Shown: piece after piece, positions 12,812 through 24,537 of the stretch | Layout of the letters: each line of letters begins with the position of its first letter | Position numbering within the stretch: position 1 is the first letter of the stretch | DNA from: Amphiscolops sp. MND2022 | Lineage: Eukaryota | Direction: 5' to 3' | NCBI GenBank assembly: GCA_964187785.1 | Contig: OZ076409.1 | Coordinates: forward strand, 38,256,001 to 38,320,000 | Length of the DNA stretch: 64,000 nucleotides | The notes under the pieces: generated by a model | Database searches by the model: none | What the model was told of the DNA's origin: nothing | What the model saw: the letters and a program-made list of their open reading frames with translations, nothing else | Position numbers and translations under genes: made by a program

Positions 12812-13842
12812 TGGTGACAGGAGTCCTCAATGACTCAACGAACCTCGGAAAGAAGAAAACACGACCGCATCGCCCACAAAGTTTGCCACCCAACGAACGT
12901 CCTTCGACATCACGACTACTCTTCGCTCCCCAACCAGAAATACACCAGCTGCCCCACCTACCCCCAATGCCCAAAGCACTCACTGCATCACTGCCTGTAT
13001 TCGATGGTAAGTCAGAAAAATTCGAACTTTTCGAGGACTTATTCCGGAACAACATAAAAATGTACCCACATCTAACAGAAATCCAAAAAATCAACTACTT
13101 CCACTCACTACTACGAGGCAATGCACTACAGGCATATTGCAACTTAGATGATGCCAAAAAAGATAATTTAGAGGAAGTAATTACGGCGTTCAAACGACGC
13201 TTCGGAGATTTCCAATCTTCTGCCAAAGCGAGATGCGACTGGGACTCGCTACATTTTGACCCAACCAAACAAAAACTACATGAATTTTTGGATACACTGC
13301 AAAAAACGGCTAAAGAAGCGTTCGGCTCTGAAGCACAAAAATTTATAGACAAGGCCATATACGCCAAAATGCCAGACCACGTCAAAAAGATCCTCAACCG
13401 AGCCTACCTCGAGGACAAACCCTATAATGATATTGTCCTACATCTCGAACGAGAGATGCGCCTTAATGGCCTGGGAGCCCCAGACGAAACCACACTAGTA
13501 CCACTAAATACGGTCGACGTCGTCCCACCGGAACCAAAAAAGGAACTCACCCAACGAGGAAGTTGCTTCCACTGTGGCAAACAGGGGCATTATAAAGCAC
13601 AATGCCGCAAATTAAGAAAAGATCGTTACTACGAAACTAAAGCACAGAACGGTGTCCCCAAAACCATTGAACCACCCAAACCAAAGTGCGACACTTGCGG
13701 AAAGCTCCACAAAACCGAGAACTGCTGGTACGGAGCTAACGCGGCGAATGACCCCAGGAAGAAACGTCATGAATTCACAATCCCTACCAGCCAAATCAGT
13801 GAACAACCAATCCCCACTGTTGAAATCCAGCCAAAAAACTGA
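12430..13842 (+). CDS. gag: Gag, 470 aa
   Basis: Capsid-like LPVFDGK..F..FE..F; zinc knuckle CFHCGKQGHYKAQC and a second CDTCGKLHKTENC; starts inside the LTR. Confidence 0.92.
   Translation: MTTRSQKRKAVEELVSTEMETPITEVNQNLNPVAGSSKSPRVTTENLEEIKSSLRKEIMSDLTKILAENQKEMLKLIAAPVKKQTVIATAEETDSESENIPENITSTPIKNKTTATNRKITPINSRNMVTGVLNDSTNLGKKKTRPHRPQSLPPNERPSTSRLLFAPQPEIHQLPHLPPMPKALTASLPVFDGKSEKFELFEDLFRNNIKMYPHLTEIQKINYFHSLLRGNALQAYCNLDDAKKDNLEEVITAFKRRFGDFQSSAKARCDWDSLHFDPTKQKLHEFLDTLQKTAKEAFGSEAQKFIDKAIYAKMPDHVKKILNRAYLEDKPYNDIVLHLEREMRLNGLGAPDETTLVPLNTVDVVPPEPKKELTQRGSCFHCGKQGHYKAQCRKLRKDRYYETKAQNGVPKTIEPPKPKCDTCGKLHKTENCWYGANAANDPRKKRHEFTIPTSQISEQPIPTVEIQPKN
12812..12824 (+). other. Primer binding site, probably tRNA-Leu-like
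   Basis: TGGTGACAGGAGT directly after the 5' LTR; TGG complements tRNA CCA. The tRNA identity is from memory of Leu PBS sequences. Confidence 0.75.
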
Positions 13843-13886
13843 AAACGCCGCGCCTCGGCTTCGGGGAAACGGTAGACGCGAGGGCG
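13833..13886 (+). promoter_or_regulatory. -1 programmed ribosomal frameshift signal
   Basis: A_AAA_AAC at 13833-13839 just before the gag TGA, 6-nt spacer, GC-rich stem (CGCC..GGCG enclosing CCTCG-GCTT-CGGGG). The -1 frame is open into pol. Confidence 0.8.
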
Positions 13887-16800
13887 TACACAATAGAAGA
13901 CCCCCCAAATCGCTACGAAGAAGACTTCATGACGGAATGCAACGAAGAACCGACACAGGACTGGCAACGTCGTTGGAACGTAGGCATGATACTTAGACAC
14001 AATGCACGACACCCAGAAGACCCAACACCACTACCCCAATGGATAACAGAATCGCCCGATAACTACGCGACACTAAAAAGACCCCTACCAGAATCAAAGA
14101 CCGAACGCATTTACATATATGATAAAGACTATAGATGTGATCCATGGGATGAACCAACTATCTATGACACAAACAAACTCTCTTTTAAGATCCAAGTTTC
14201 AAATCCTCAAGCTCAAGTCACCGAGAGTACAACCCTACCAACACCTTTGTCACCAATCCTAAAAAAGACAACACAGTCCTCGCCAACACCCGTCACCACC
14301 ACGTCCACACCAATAGATGCAGAGAATATTATCTGCATTGAGGATAAAACAATATGGTCACAACAAGCAAAAGAACAACGCGGAGTAGCCGACCAAATAG
14401 TATCACCCCCAACAACAGCATCTGAATGGCCAAATCAGAACAACAATCATGAAGACGACGAAGTAACGGAATGCCCACAACAACTGCCATACGATCTCAA
14501 CATCATAAAAGAATTCATACAACATGATAAAGATGACGACTACATTCCGTTAATGTCGGCAATTACCCTCAAAAAGAAGAAAAGAATGCTCTTTATTCCT
14601 CTCGACTTTGAAAACACTAGAATTGATGCATTAGTCGACTCGGGAGCCTACATCAACGTCATCAGTGAAAGAGATGCAGACAAGATACAAACTGAAGCCA
14701 ACACAACCATAATCGCAAAAGCACCTCCGCCCCCTTTCAAGATACAATATGCCAACACAGAACTCGAAAAAGCCCGTGCAACATACACAATGCAATTCAA
14801 AATCGGGGATTACGCGTTCGAGGAGACCTTCATCATCATGACCAAAACATCTTACCCAATCATTGGCCTGGCATTCCTCCGGAAACATTCCGCAATCCTA
14901 GATACTGCACAAGGAACAATAGACTTTCCCAAAATACAAATCACTCTAGCCCTAAAAGATGAAAGACAGAAGTGCAATCCCAAACCCATCACTATCAAAA
15001 CGGAAGAAAAACACACCATACCAGCCCAAACCACACGAATCATCCACGCCTCCATCACCACAAGCAATGACCACTCAATAACTGGGACAGTCCAACCTTT
15101 ACCACAGTTCGACGAAAATGCAAAACTCATAGTAGCCCCAGCAATAACAACAGCCCGAGACAAACGAGTTGCGATAAAAATAGCGAACACCACAGACTTC
15201 CCCTATACAATAACGCCACATACGAAACTAGCAGAATTACAAATACTGAAACCCGAAGAAACGAAATTGATACGAGCAGTAGACATAGCAGCCCTCAATC
15301 TACTCACCGAACATGACGATGTTGTTGCGTACGTTAATGCACTGATGCAAGTTGATTCGTCAGAACAAATAGAAGAGAAATTCTGGTTCCCAACTCCTGA
15401 AAATCCCGGAGATGAATCGGAACACACACCCATCCAACAACGCATTCTACGAGAACTACGCGAACTACAAAGACTAGAAGAACTGGACCCCAAACAAGAC
15501 GAAAAATCTAGAACACAATTCCTCTCGCTATTCAAATGGAATGATTCACTAATAACGGGAGAAGACCGTGAAAACCTAGAGTCCACACTAGTCGAATTCA
15601 ATGACATTTTTGCACGTCACCGACTGGACATCGGAATGAACAACCAGTTCAAGGTATGCCTAACTCCCAAAAACGACAAACCGGTATATACACAGAGTCT
15701 CCCCGTACCCATCAACCTCAAAGACGACCTCACAGTAGAATTGGCACTGATGCACAAATACGGGATCATCACAACCCTCCCATTCTCGAAATATGCCAGC
15801 CCCATCTTCGCGCAACGCAAACCCAACGGAAAACTACGGCTCCTAGTAGACTTACGGAAAATCAACGCCCTCATCTCAGATGACTACATAAACAACAACC
15901 ACCCCATCAGCACCCTCTCAGATGCCGCACAACACCTAGCGGGGAAACAGCTGTTCTGCAAACTAGATTGCTCACAAGCCTATCACTAACTCCAAATGGC
16001 AGATCAAAGGTCAGTAGAACTCCTTGCATTTAATTTTGCTAGTAGAACGTTTGCCTATCGTAGGCTAGCCCAAGGCCTTAGTAGAGCCTTGTCAGCCTTT
16101 TCGAGCTTCATGCGGGAATACCTCGACACCGTCATCAAAGCAGACCAGTGTGCCCAATATGTAGACGACATCGGAATCGCCGCCAACACAACGGAACAAC
16201 TCATCAAGAACATCAGAGCAGTCTTCAAATGCATCCGCAAGGCAGGACTAAAACTCACAATTGAAAAATGCCACTTTGGTGTCACCCAAATCGAATTCCT
16301 AGGAAGAACCATCACACCCCACGGAGTAGCACCGCAAGAACACAAAATCACCAACTTCTTATCAAAAATCAGATTTCCCCGGTCAAAGAAACAAGTCCAG
16401 AAATACATTGGATTCATCAACTACTACCGAAACTACATACCAAGACTGTCTGAAAAAATGATTGGAATGTATGAACTCCTAAAAGCAGATGCCAAAATCA
16501 CCATATCAGAAGAATTAGTCGACAACTTCAAAGCCATCAACGCAAGCCTAGCGGAAGCATGTGGGCTAGCCCTCAGACAACCAGTTGCGGGAAAACAATA
16601 CGTGCTAATGACGGACGCAAGCTTCCGGGCATCAGGTTACGCCCTAATGATAGAAGAAAACGACGATAAAAACTACTCTCCAAACGGAAAACTTTCGCAC
16701 CGGTTGCTTTTGGTTCCCGCGTATTCTCGCCGTCACAACTGAAGATGTCGATATACTGTAAAGAATTCCTCGCAATATATCACGCATTCCTTGAATATAG

Positions 16801-19047
16801 TCACATTCTCTGGGAAACAACACTACCTACACTAGAACTGACAGACAACAGATCAGTAACAAGATTTTTCCAGACGAAAACAACGCCACCAGCTCTCTGG
16901 AATGCCTGTGACTACGTACTCCAGTTCAAATTCCGCATCATGCACGTAGCGGGCTCGCAAAATACAGCAGCCGACTTCCTGTCTCGACTCGAATTAACTC
17001 CAAAAGAGAGAATCCAACTCAAATTGCGAGACGACATCATAACGGCACCTATCGAGGTTAACCTACAGTCTACAGATGTTGCAGACGAAGAACAACTCTT
17101 TTTCCTGCCAGACGAAGAAGAGGAATCAGAACAAGAAATTTTCGCCAGGAAAGCCCTTAGCAAACAACGAGCAATCGACGAAAAGGAACAACAAAACTTG
17201 ACAACGGAAGTCACAGAAACAGTGCACATACCTCTCAACTCAGCAGTATACGCCTTTGGAGCCATCAAGGAAAACGCCCGCATCCGCAACGAACAGGACG
17301 CGGACCCGATATTGAAAGCATTGAAACTACGGCTGCTTCACGAAGAATACGACAAACACCTTCTCAAGACCGAACCCAGAGGACGAAACCTACTACGTCA
17401 CGAAGAAAGAATAATAGTCAAAGACGGAGTACTCATGCGTAAATACTACGGAGAAGATGGCACAGTAACACATCACCGAATCCTCATACCGAAACATATA
17501 GTACCAGAACTCCTATCGACGCTACATGGAAAAATGAACAAACACCCAGGAATAACCAAAATGATTCAGGAAAGCCGAGCAAAGTATTACTATCCGGGAC
17601 TTGCACGGAAAATTAGAGCCTGGGTAATCAACTGCCCAGATTGCATATCCAACAAACGAATCGACACGCGCCAAATACGTCCTAAAATGCTGAGTAATAC
17701 AGAATTCACATTCGGACCAGATGATTGTCTAGAAGTCGATATTCTACCCAATCTACCCTCATCAAACGGCTACAAACACATCATAACCATGATGGACGTT
17801 TTCTCCCGTTATTTGTTCGCATACCCCACTCAAGACATGACTGCCAGAACAGTAGGACGATGCATAATCGACGTTATGACACGTCACTGTTATCTGCCTA
17901 CAGTGATTCTGACTGATAAAGGATCACAATTCCGATCAGATGTCGTGAACCAAATAGCACAAACACTGGACATACGGATTAGTCACGCGTCAACAAAGCA
18001 TGCACAAACAATCGGCATACTCGAAAGAACGCATGCATCTCTAAAGACTTCCCTCAAGATATCAACGGGAGAACGCCGTTCAATGTGGCACAAATACGTA
18101 CAAATTGCAGTAATGAACTACAACACTAGTTACCACGAAAGCCTAGGATGCGAACCAACAACCGTATTTCACGGACGCATCCCGTACAACATCCTAGACA
18201 TCAAACTAGGACTCAAGCCAGAATGGAAAAAAGATGCCAACGAAGACCTAACGGATGAACTACAGAAACAAATAGCTGAGATACATCAATCAGCCAAGGA
18301 CAACCTTATGCAATCATATTTGAAATATAAGCGATACTACGATAAAAAAGCGACAGCAACGCCATTGAAAGTCAATGACTATTGCTATGTCCTGAATCCG
18401 AAGGCTGATAACCAGTCAATGAAGTTCGCTTTCAAAGATTGCATTTGGACAGGACCATATATAGTGGTCAAAGTCCTTTCCAATAACAACTACGTCGTAA
18501 GACGAACAGGAACAAGATACACTCAAACCCTCCATAGAATTCGCCTAAGGCTATATGCGCCCAATCAACGAGTACCTGACGTCACAGTCAAAGTGGAAGA
18601 TCAGCTTCCAGATCCTGAGGTTAAAACAACCCATGATGATTGGTACGCGCAAGCTTGGGAAACCGAATTCGGAGAAGTTCTGTTCGGAAACACATCGGAA
18701 AGAGAAAACGAGGAAGCTACCATCACAGAACTGCCAGCGGATGACGGAGCTACGACGGAACAAGATACAGTTATAACAACTGCAGATGAAAACTTGACGG
18801 CAGAGAACCTCCCTCTGGAAATGAAACGTCACTTAATCTAGATGTCAGCGATAACCCTTTCATAATGACTCCGCCGCCTATAGAAAGCCCTCCCATACCA
18901 CCTACACTACCGCCTATAGTTGTTGGATACAATCCGAGGAAAACGGAAAGATATAATCTACGACCTAATCCTAGACCTAATGTACACCCAGATTTTCGGA
19001 TGCTTGACGCAGTCATCACAGAAGACACATCTCACACTCAAAATTGA
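13833..19047 (+). pseudogene. pol: Pol (protease, dUTPase-like, RT, RNase H, integrase), disrupted
   Basis: LVDSGA, YVDD, TDAS, H..HPG..CPDC, D/TDKG/ER. In-frame TAA at 15987-15989, frameshift in the A-run at 16668-16672, probable frameshift at ~18790-18838 before the RYNLRP tail. Confidence 0.92.
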
Positions 19048-19212
19048 ATGAAAACACTCGACAAGCCAAACCGAACCGGAGAGGCTACGTTAAATTTTTC
19101 AACATCCGACTAAAACTATCTAAACAACAATCGGACAACTGAAGTGCCCAGAAATAATACATGAAGATAATAAATCACATAAAATTGAATACAATAAATT
19201 CAATACAAATGT

Positions 19213-22200
19213 TCAACGGCCAAGAGGCTTACTAAGTCGATGCTTCACGTCCGGATCAACATCGCGTTTCCCAGACTTCTTTTTCTTCTTGGGCGTAACT
19301 CCCACGTCCGCGGAGGGAGAAGTATTTTTCGTAGACTGCCCCTTACGAGAATTGGCCGCACCCTTCCCAGAGGACTTCCAACTCACACTAACTTCCTTAC
19401 TTGTCTGCGCAACAGTAGAACCTGTCTGACTGACTGAAACTTTCTCTTTTTGTGATCCCGCAGGAAGAGGGCAACGTGACACCTGACTGGGAGACTTCAC
19501 TCCTGACTGTACCCGCGATAGACGATTTGTCACATTACGGGCATTATACTCCACATCGAACTCTTTCCGTCGCTCATCTAGATAGGCCAAATACAAAGAC
19601 ACATATCGCTCAGAAAAAGCGTCAGGATCTGCCCGATAGAAATCCTCCCACATGCTGAACCCACCCGAAACGAAGAACGTCCCAGCAGTAGACACGGCTT
19701 TACGTACAGAGCCTAGAGCTTGATCGCTGAAGAGGCCCTGAGCGGAGTAACCAGCACTCATCACATATGATTGTACCAATCGCAAGCAGTCATAAAAAGA
19801 TCTCGGATCCAGGGCACTACCACTCAAATCGAAATCCAAAGCGGGGCAACTCCGAACAGGCATCCCAATGAAAAGACAGCAAAGTTTGAACACACGGAAG
19901 ACCCGATGCCGAGCTTGAAAACCGAAGTCCAACAGAAGATACGCCACCACATCATCAATATTGGTTGCAGACTGCTTCGAACTCGCATGGCTCCTTCGCC
20001 TTTCAACAATAAAGCTAGAATACTCATCTAATGCGCCTTTCGACTCATCCGACGCCAACACTCCGCAAGTTTCCAGAATGCTACACAACCCCGCAAACAG
20101 AGCAAAAGCAGTGCTATTGTCACCCTCAAGCATCAACTCCGGGCAGAAGCTATAAATCCCTTTGCTCACAGCTGATGTTGCACTAGGATTTTTCAACAGA
20201 GTGACAACTAAGCAGTCCAGAAATTCACGACATCGCACCCGAAAAGTAGTGAAATTACTCGTCTTCTTTTCGTTCAGCAAGCGCCCCAACTCATAATTTT
20301 CCAAAAATTCATCGTCAGGAATACTGGGAAACGCTTTCACCTTTTCGACATCCATATATTCCTCCCACTCATGGATCCCGGGGAGACTAGTAGATACGCG
20401 GGTCTTCAATAGCAGGCAATAGACGAAGTTACACACTTCCCCGTAACAATGAAATGCGTAGTCACTCCGTCCTTTCTCCATTTTTCCAAAGTTGATAAAG
20501 ACTAAAACATCAAGAAGCGTCAAAACAGCCCCATACAACATACAATATCCAAGCAATCCAACAAGCCAAGAAGACACACACGGATAGAAGGCGCAAAAAG
20601 ACATAACTCAAAAGGTCGCGTGCAACCAAACCAAATACTCACATGTATCCAGAACGAAACGGAAAAGTCTAAACCGATAGACAATCAAGTCATCGGCCAC
20701 CAACAGCCAATCAGTCCCCTGCATCTGCAAAAACAACATACCAGTAAAAAAAACAAACTCGAACCAACAAGAACAACTCCACGGAGCAACTACGCAAACC
20801 ACAACACTACTATGTACAAAACATAACAAGGAAGAAACAATAACAAAACTAACCCTGTCGGAAGATCCCTTTGCCTCAGGGTTCCCAGTACACCGAATAT
20901 AGGGCCGAATCGAAGACCAAAGATCAATCAAGTCAGTGAGCAGTGCCCGCAAATCTTTGAACTCCACGAAACCCTGGCGGACACATCGACGTAGCACCAC
21001 TTTAGATTCCGTCCATTCTTCGTAGAGAGCACTCTTCAACCGCTGTAGGGTGTAATCGACCACAGTGGTAATCTCGACCATGCCGAAAACATCTTGGTAA
21101 GATTGGCGAATACACTGCAAAATTGTCTCTAAGACGAAAGGCTGGTACACAATAAAACGGTGACTGTCCTTGCGATTGTCGCTCAAAACCCGGAGAAGTG
21201 ACGGACTGACACCCAAGATCGAAAGAGGCATCTTTTCACCTTCCAAACAGCAGATAAATCGAGATAACGGAGTGACTTCAGAATAAGGCACTGGCTGCTC
21301 CAACGACTCACTCCCGATGCAGACCTTTTTCAAATGTTCATCTTCCCAAAATAGAACAAAACATCGTTCTTCAAAGGTGTCCTTTTCAAATTGCACGGAG
21401 TACTCCCGGAAACTGGATATTCCACGAAGCATAGCCCGCATCACGCGAGGAACAATGCCCTGACACAACACTGCCTATAACACCACAGCATACAGTTATA
21501 ACCAGACTCTCTTCAAAAGAAAAGACAGAATGAAGAAACAGAAAATGGGAACTGTCTCCTATTCAAAAAAAAAAGAGAGAGAAAAAGAAGAAACGAAACA
21601 CAAACCATGACTCAGCAAAAAGCTCAAAAAATACTCACCGCAGTCTCTGAACGACTCCATTTCAGTTTGAATTCTGGCTCACGACTACCTAACGTAGCCA
21701 GAAAGTGTCCCCAGAGACGCTGTACTAAGGAAAAGCTACCACCGCTCCGCAACCACTCGCAGATACTGGACACCAGAGTCATAAAGGGCACTTTCGACTC
21801 CACCTTCGCGTGTTTTGGTAGCAAGTCTTCGGGAAACGGATACTCTTCTCCCAAGTCCACAAAAGGCCGCGACCTGAAATCTGCCTCCTGATTGGCGGAC
21901 AGAGTCATGGGCTCCATCAGCTTGTTCAGCACGGGCCAACCCATGTGCAGACGGTACACCACGTCCTGCTCCCAATGCATCCTAGACTCGAAGTGACGAC
22001 TGAACTCTCCGGCGCCCTGAGCTTTCATCGCAACGTCCCGTCTACAGATCCGGCAAAAGAAAAATTTACCGCTTCCACATCTCGAACCGGTAACGAAGTC
22101 ACCAAACACAGGATGAAGTGCCAACATGCGCCGATGTAACAAATTACGGCTACTATATTTCTTTGGAGGCTTCGGTCTGTCCAAACGACTTTCTACCTTC

Positions 22201-23279
22201 TCCACCAGATCGTTAAAGCCTACAACACACAAACCAAAGTTGCCGGGATACTGACGTTATTCTACCGAAACAGACTCCTCTCATAACTGCTACAACTTCT
22301 GCAACAAAATTACCATACGGAAACAATTCGCAAAGCACTCAAACCATGGCTAACCTGATTGCAACTGAACCAACGCCCGCTCCTCCACCTCAGACACCAA
22401 ATGCCGGCCAAATTGAGCAATCTCAGGTGACACAATGCCCACTTCTATCATTGGCGGCACAGTATCGTTCCCCCGAGCACCCTCACATTCCGAAGAAGCC
22501 CGTGCCCACACAGATGAAACCTTCTTCCGTTGCAATTGAGGCGGCGTCTCGAATCTCACGGCAGATCCCCGGAAAGGAAACACTCTCGATCCTATAACAA
22601 CAACCACAATACGAATACCAAAATAAGGACAACCACCCATACCATCGCAACACATACACTCAAAAAGCGGAAACTCTGGAGAAAACTAACCGCTAGGAGC
22701 GTCTTCCTCTTCGTCGCCTCCTTCATTTTCAGACGAGGAGGTGCCTGCCTCACCTCCATGAGGCTCCTTTTCCAGACCAAGCCCAGACGAAAGCATCCCG
22801 GACAACTCTGGGAGTGCAGTCCTCGAAACAGAAACAGAAGCATCTGGCTCAGCTACATCTTGGCCAGAGAGCGGTGTCGTCAGCGTCTCGTTAACAGTAT
22901 TGCCTTCAGGCAAAGAGAACACAGAACTAACGGGAGGTAAAGCCGAGGAAGAAGCCAACAAAGGCAATTCCACAGCCCCGTCAGGAAGACGAGCAGAAGA
23001 CACGACAACCGAACTGCTACCAGGTTGAGCTACTGAAAATCAAGATCTGGTTTGACGCGTCAGAGTTACGGGTAAGACTATAAAAGGCTGATCACCAAAA
23101 GAGTAGTCCAATTGCCCATGAGAGTCAGAAAGATTTTACCAACCTGAAGAAGTAACTGGTATCTCAGCCTCAGAGTGGAAGGCATCATTGTCAGTGAAAC
23201 AAAAAGTGGTTTCATTACCACTAACATGTCCAGACTGAGGAGCAGGAGTAAGCGGAGGAAGGTCGGAATTATCTTCCAT
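19213..23279 (-). CDS. Antisense spliced accessory gene, ~1095 aa, zinc finger plus hAT-transposase-like body; exons 23279-23144, 23032-22691, 22591-22355, 22219-21639, 21474-20854, 20724-20643, 20501-19213
   Basis: Six GT-AG introns (111, 99, 135, 164, 129, 141 nt), all phase-compatible, give one stop-free 3288-nt frame. CRIC-x16-H-x5-H finger; C-terminal PKKKKK. Confidence 0.85.
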
Positions 23280-23808
23280 TCGTCAACAGCAATCTGAAAA
23301 AGAAAGAAACAATCCTCACTACCCTGCTATAGCAAAAGGAAAGAAACATCAACCCCGGGGATGCATCGGAAAAGATATTAAGAAGAACACTAGAGATTGA
23401 AGAAAGAAAATGCATCATCCTTTTTCCCTCGCATTTAAGCAAGATATGATATTGACGGAAGTATATCGCTTCCAAAAGGAAAAAGAAATCAAAGATTAAA
23501 TTTGACCTTTCAAATGTCCTAAAAAGAAAAAGATCATTTCCCTAATTAATGACGTCACACGGATCGCTCTCGGAAAAGAATTGGTGACGCCATGATGAAG
23601 TTCAAAATTAGAAACTTTATTCATATCGGTTCAGCAAATCACAGCGCAGATAGAAGCGAAACGTTTCCGAAGGAAAACGAACCGGAATAAAAGAAAAATA
23701 ACAGCCAATAGGAATGCAGGAAAATTACGAACGAAAAGGAAGTTGACTTTTTCATTTGCCGCATCCCGAACGTGAAGTTAAGATAGCTGAAATCTTCAGA
23801 ATTCAAAA

Positions 23809-24537
23809 ATGAGCAATTACGAACTCGTAATTGATATCTCTTCTGATGAAGAAGAAAACGAAGTCAGGCAGAGCACACCCATCAAAACCCTCCCACTAAA
23901 TGGGATCACAGTTCTGAACCTCTCCGAAGCCTCCTTAGAAGCTACAAAAGGCAGCGCAGAAGAGATGATGGACTCAATCAATAGTCTAAATTTATCCGGC
24001 ATCTCAGCGTCTACATTTGAGACTATCGGTTCACCAAGAAAAATAAACTTCGTCACTACAAGCCCTGGCGAAGCTTTCATAGTGGAAGGGCATAGTACTG
24101 AAACGTCTGAAGAAAGCTATTTTGAAGAGCCTGACACTCCCCGTCAACTGCCCCCATTACAGCCTGCCCCAGTCTTACGGGATATGACCAACGGAGAACT
24201 TTCGCTCAACGAGCCGCCTACAAAAATTGATCGGCTTGACGATCTAACGGAGCCTACTATGGAAGATATAGAGAATGTCTATGGCATCGTTTTGCAGAGC
24301 AGCTCAGAGTTCAACTCACTATGCGGACGTGGGGCCCGTTTCACCTCCACAAAGCTGACAAGAGCTCGCAAGCAGCCTGTGCTCATCACAAGAGAGATTC
24401 CGCACTGCCCCCGTCCCGTGTCAACAGGCTATAGAGGCGCCCTGTCACGACCCGCTCCCGGTCGGGACTTTTCCTGTTGTGGAGGAATCCCAAAATTCGC
24501 AAGGGGGAGAGGTCACGGAAGAGCCACGCAATGTTAA
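23809..24537 (+). CDS. Accessory ORF, 242 aa, acidic and S/T/P-rich, function unknown, ends inside the 3' LTR
   Basis: ATG in A-rich context, long open frame, N-terminal LVIDISSDEEE, last 95 nt inside the LTR. Confidence 0.65.
   Translation: MSNYELVIDISSDEEENEVRQSTPIKTLPLNGITVLNLSEASLEATKGSAEEMMDSINSLNLSGISASTFETIGSPRKINFVTTSPGEAFIVEGHSTETSEESYFEEPDTPRQLPPLQPAPVLRDMTNGELSLNEPPTKIDRLDDLTEPTMEDIENVYGIVLQSSSEFNSLCGRGARFTSTKLTRARKQPVLITREIPHCPRPVSTGYRGALSRPAPGRDFSCCGGIPKFARGRGHGRATQC

Noticed and set aside
12636..19028. Minus-strand ORFs overlapping gag/pol
   Set aside because: Shadow frames of A/C-rich coding sequence with no motifs.
20502..20853. Hydrophobic stretches in the antisense ORFs suggesting an env or transmembrane protein
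   Set aside because: They fall inside the predicted GT-rich introns 20725-20853 and 20502-20642; the spliced product has no obvious signal peptide or TM anchor.
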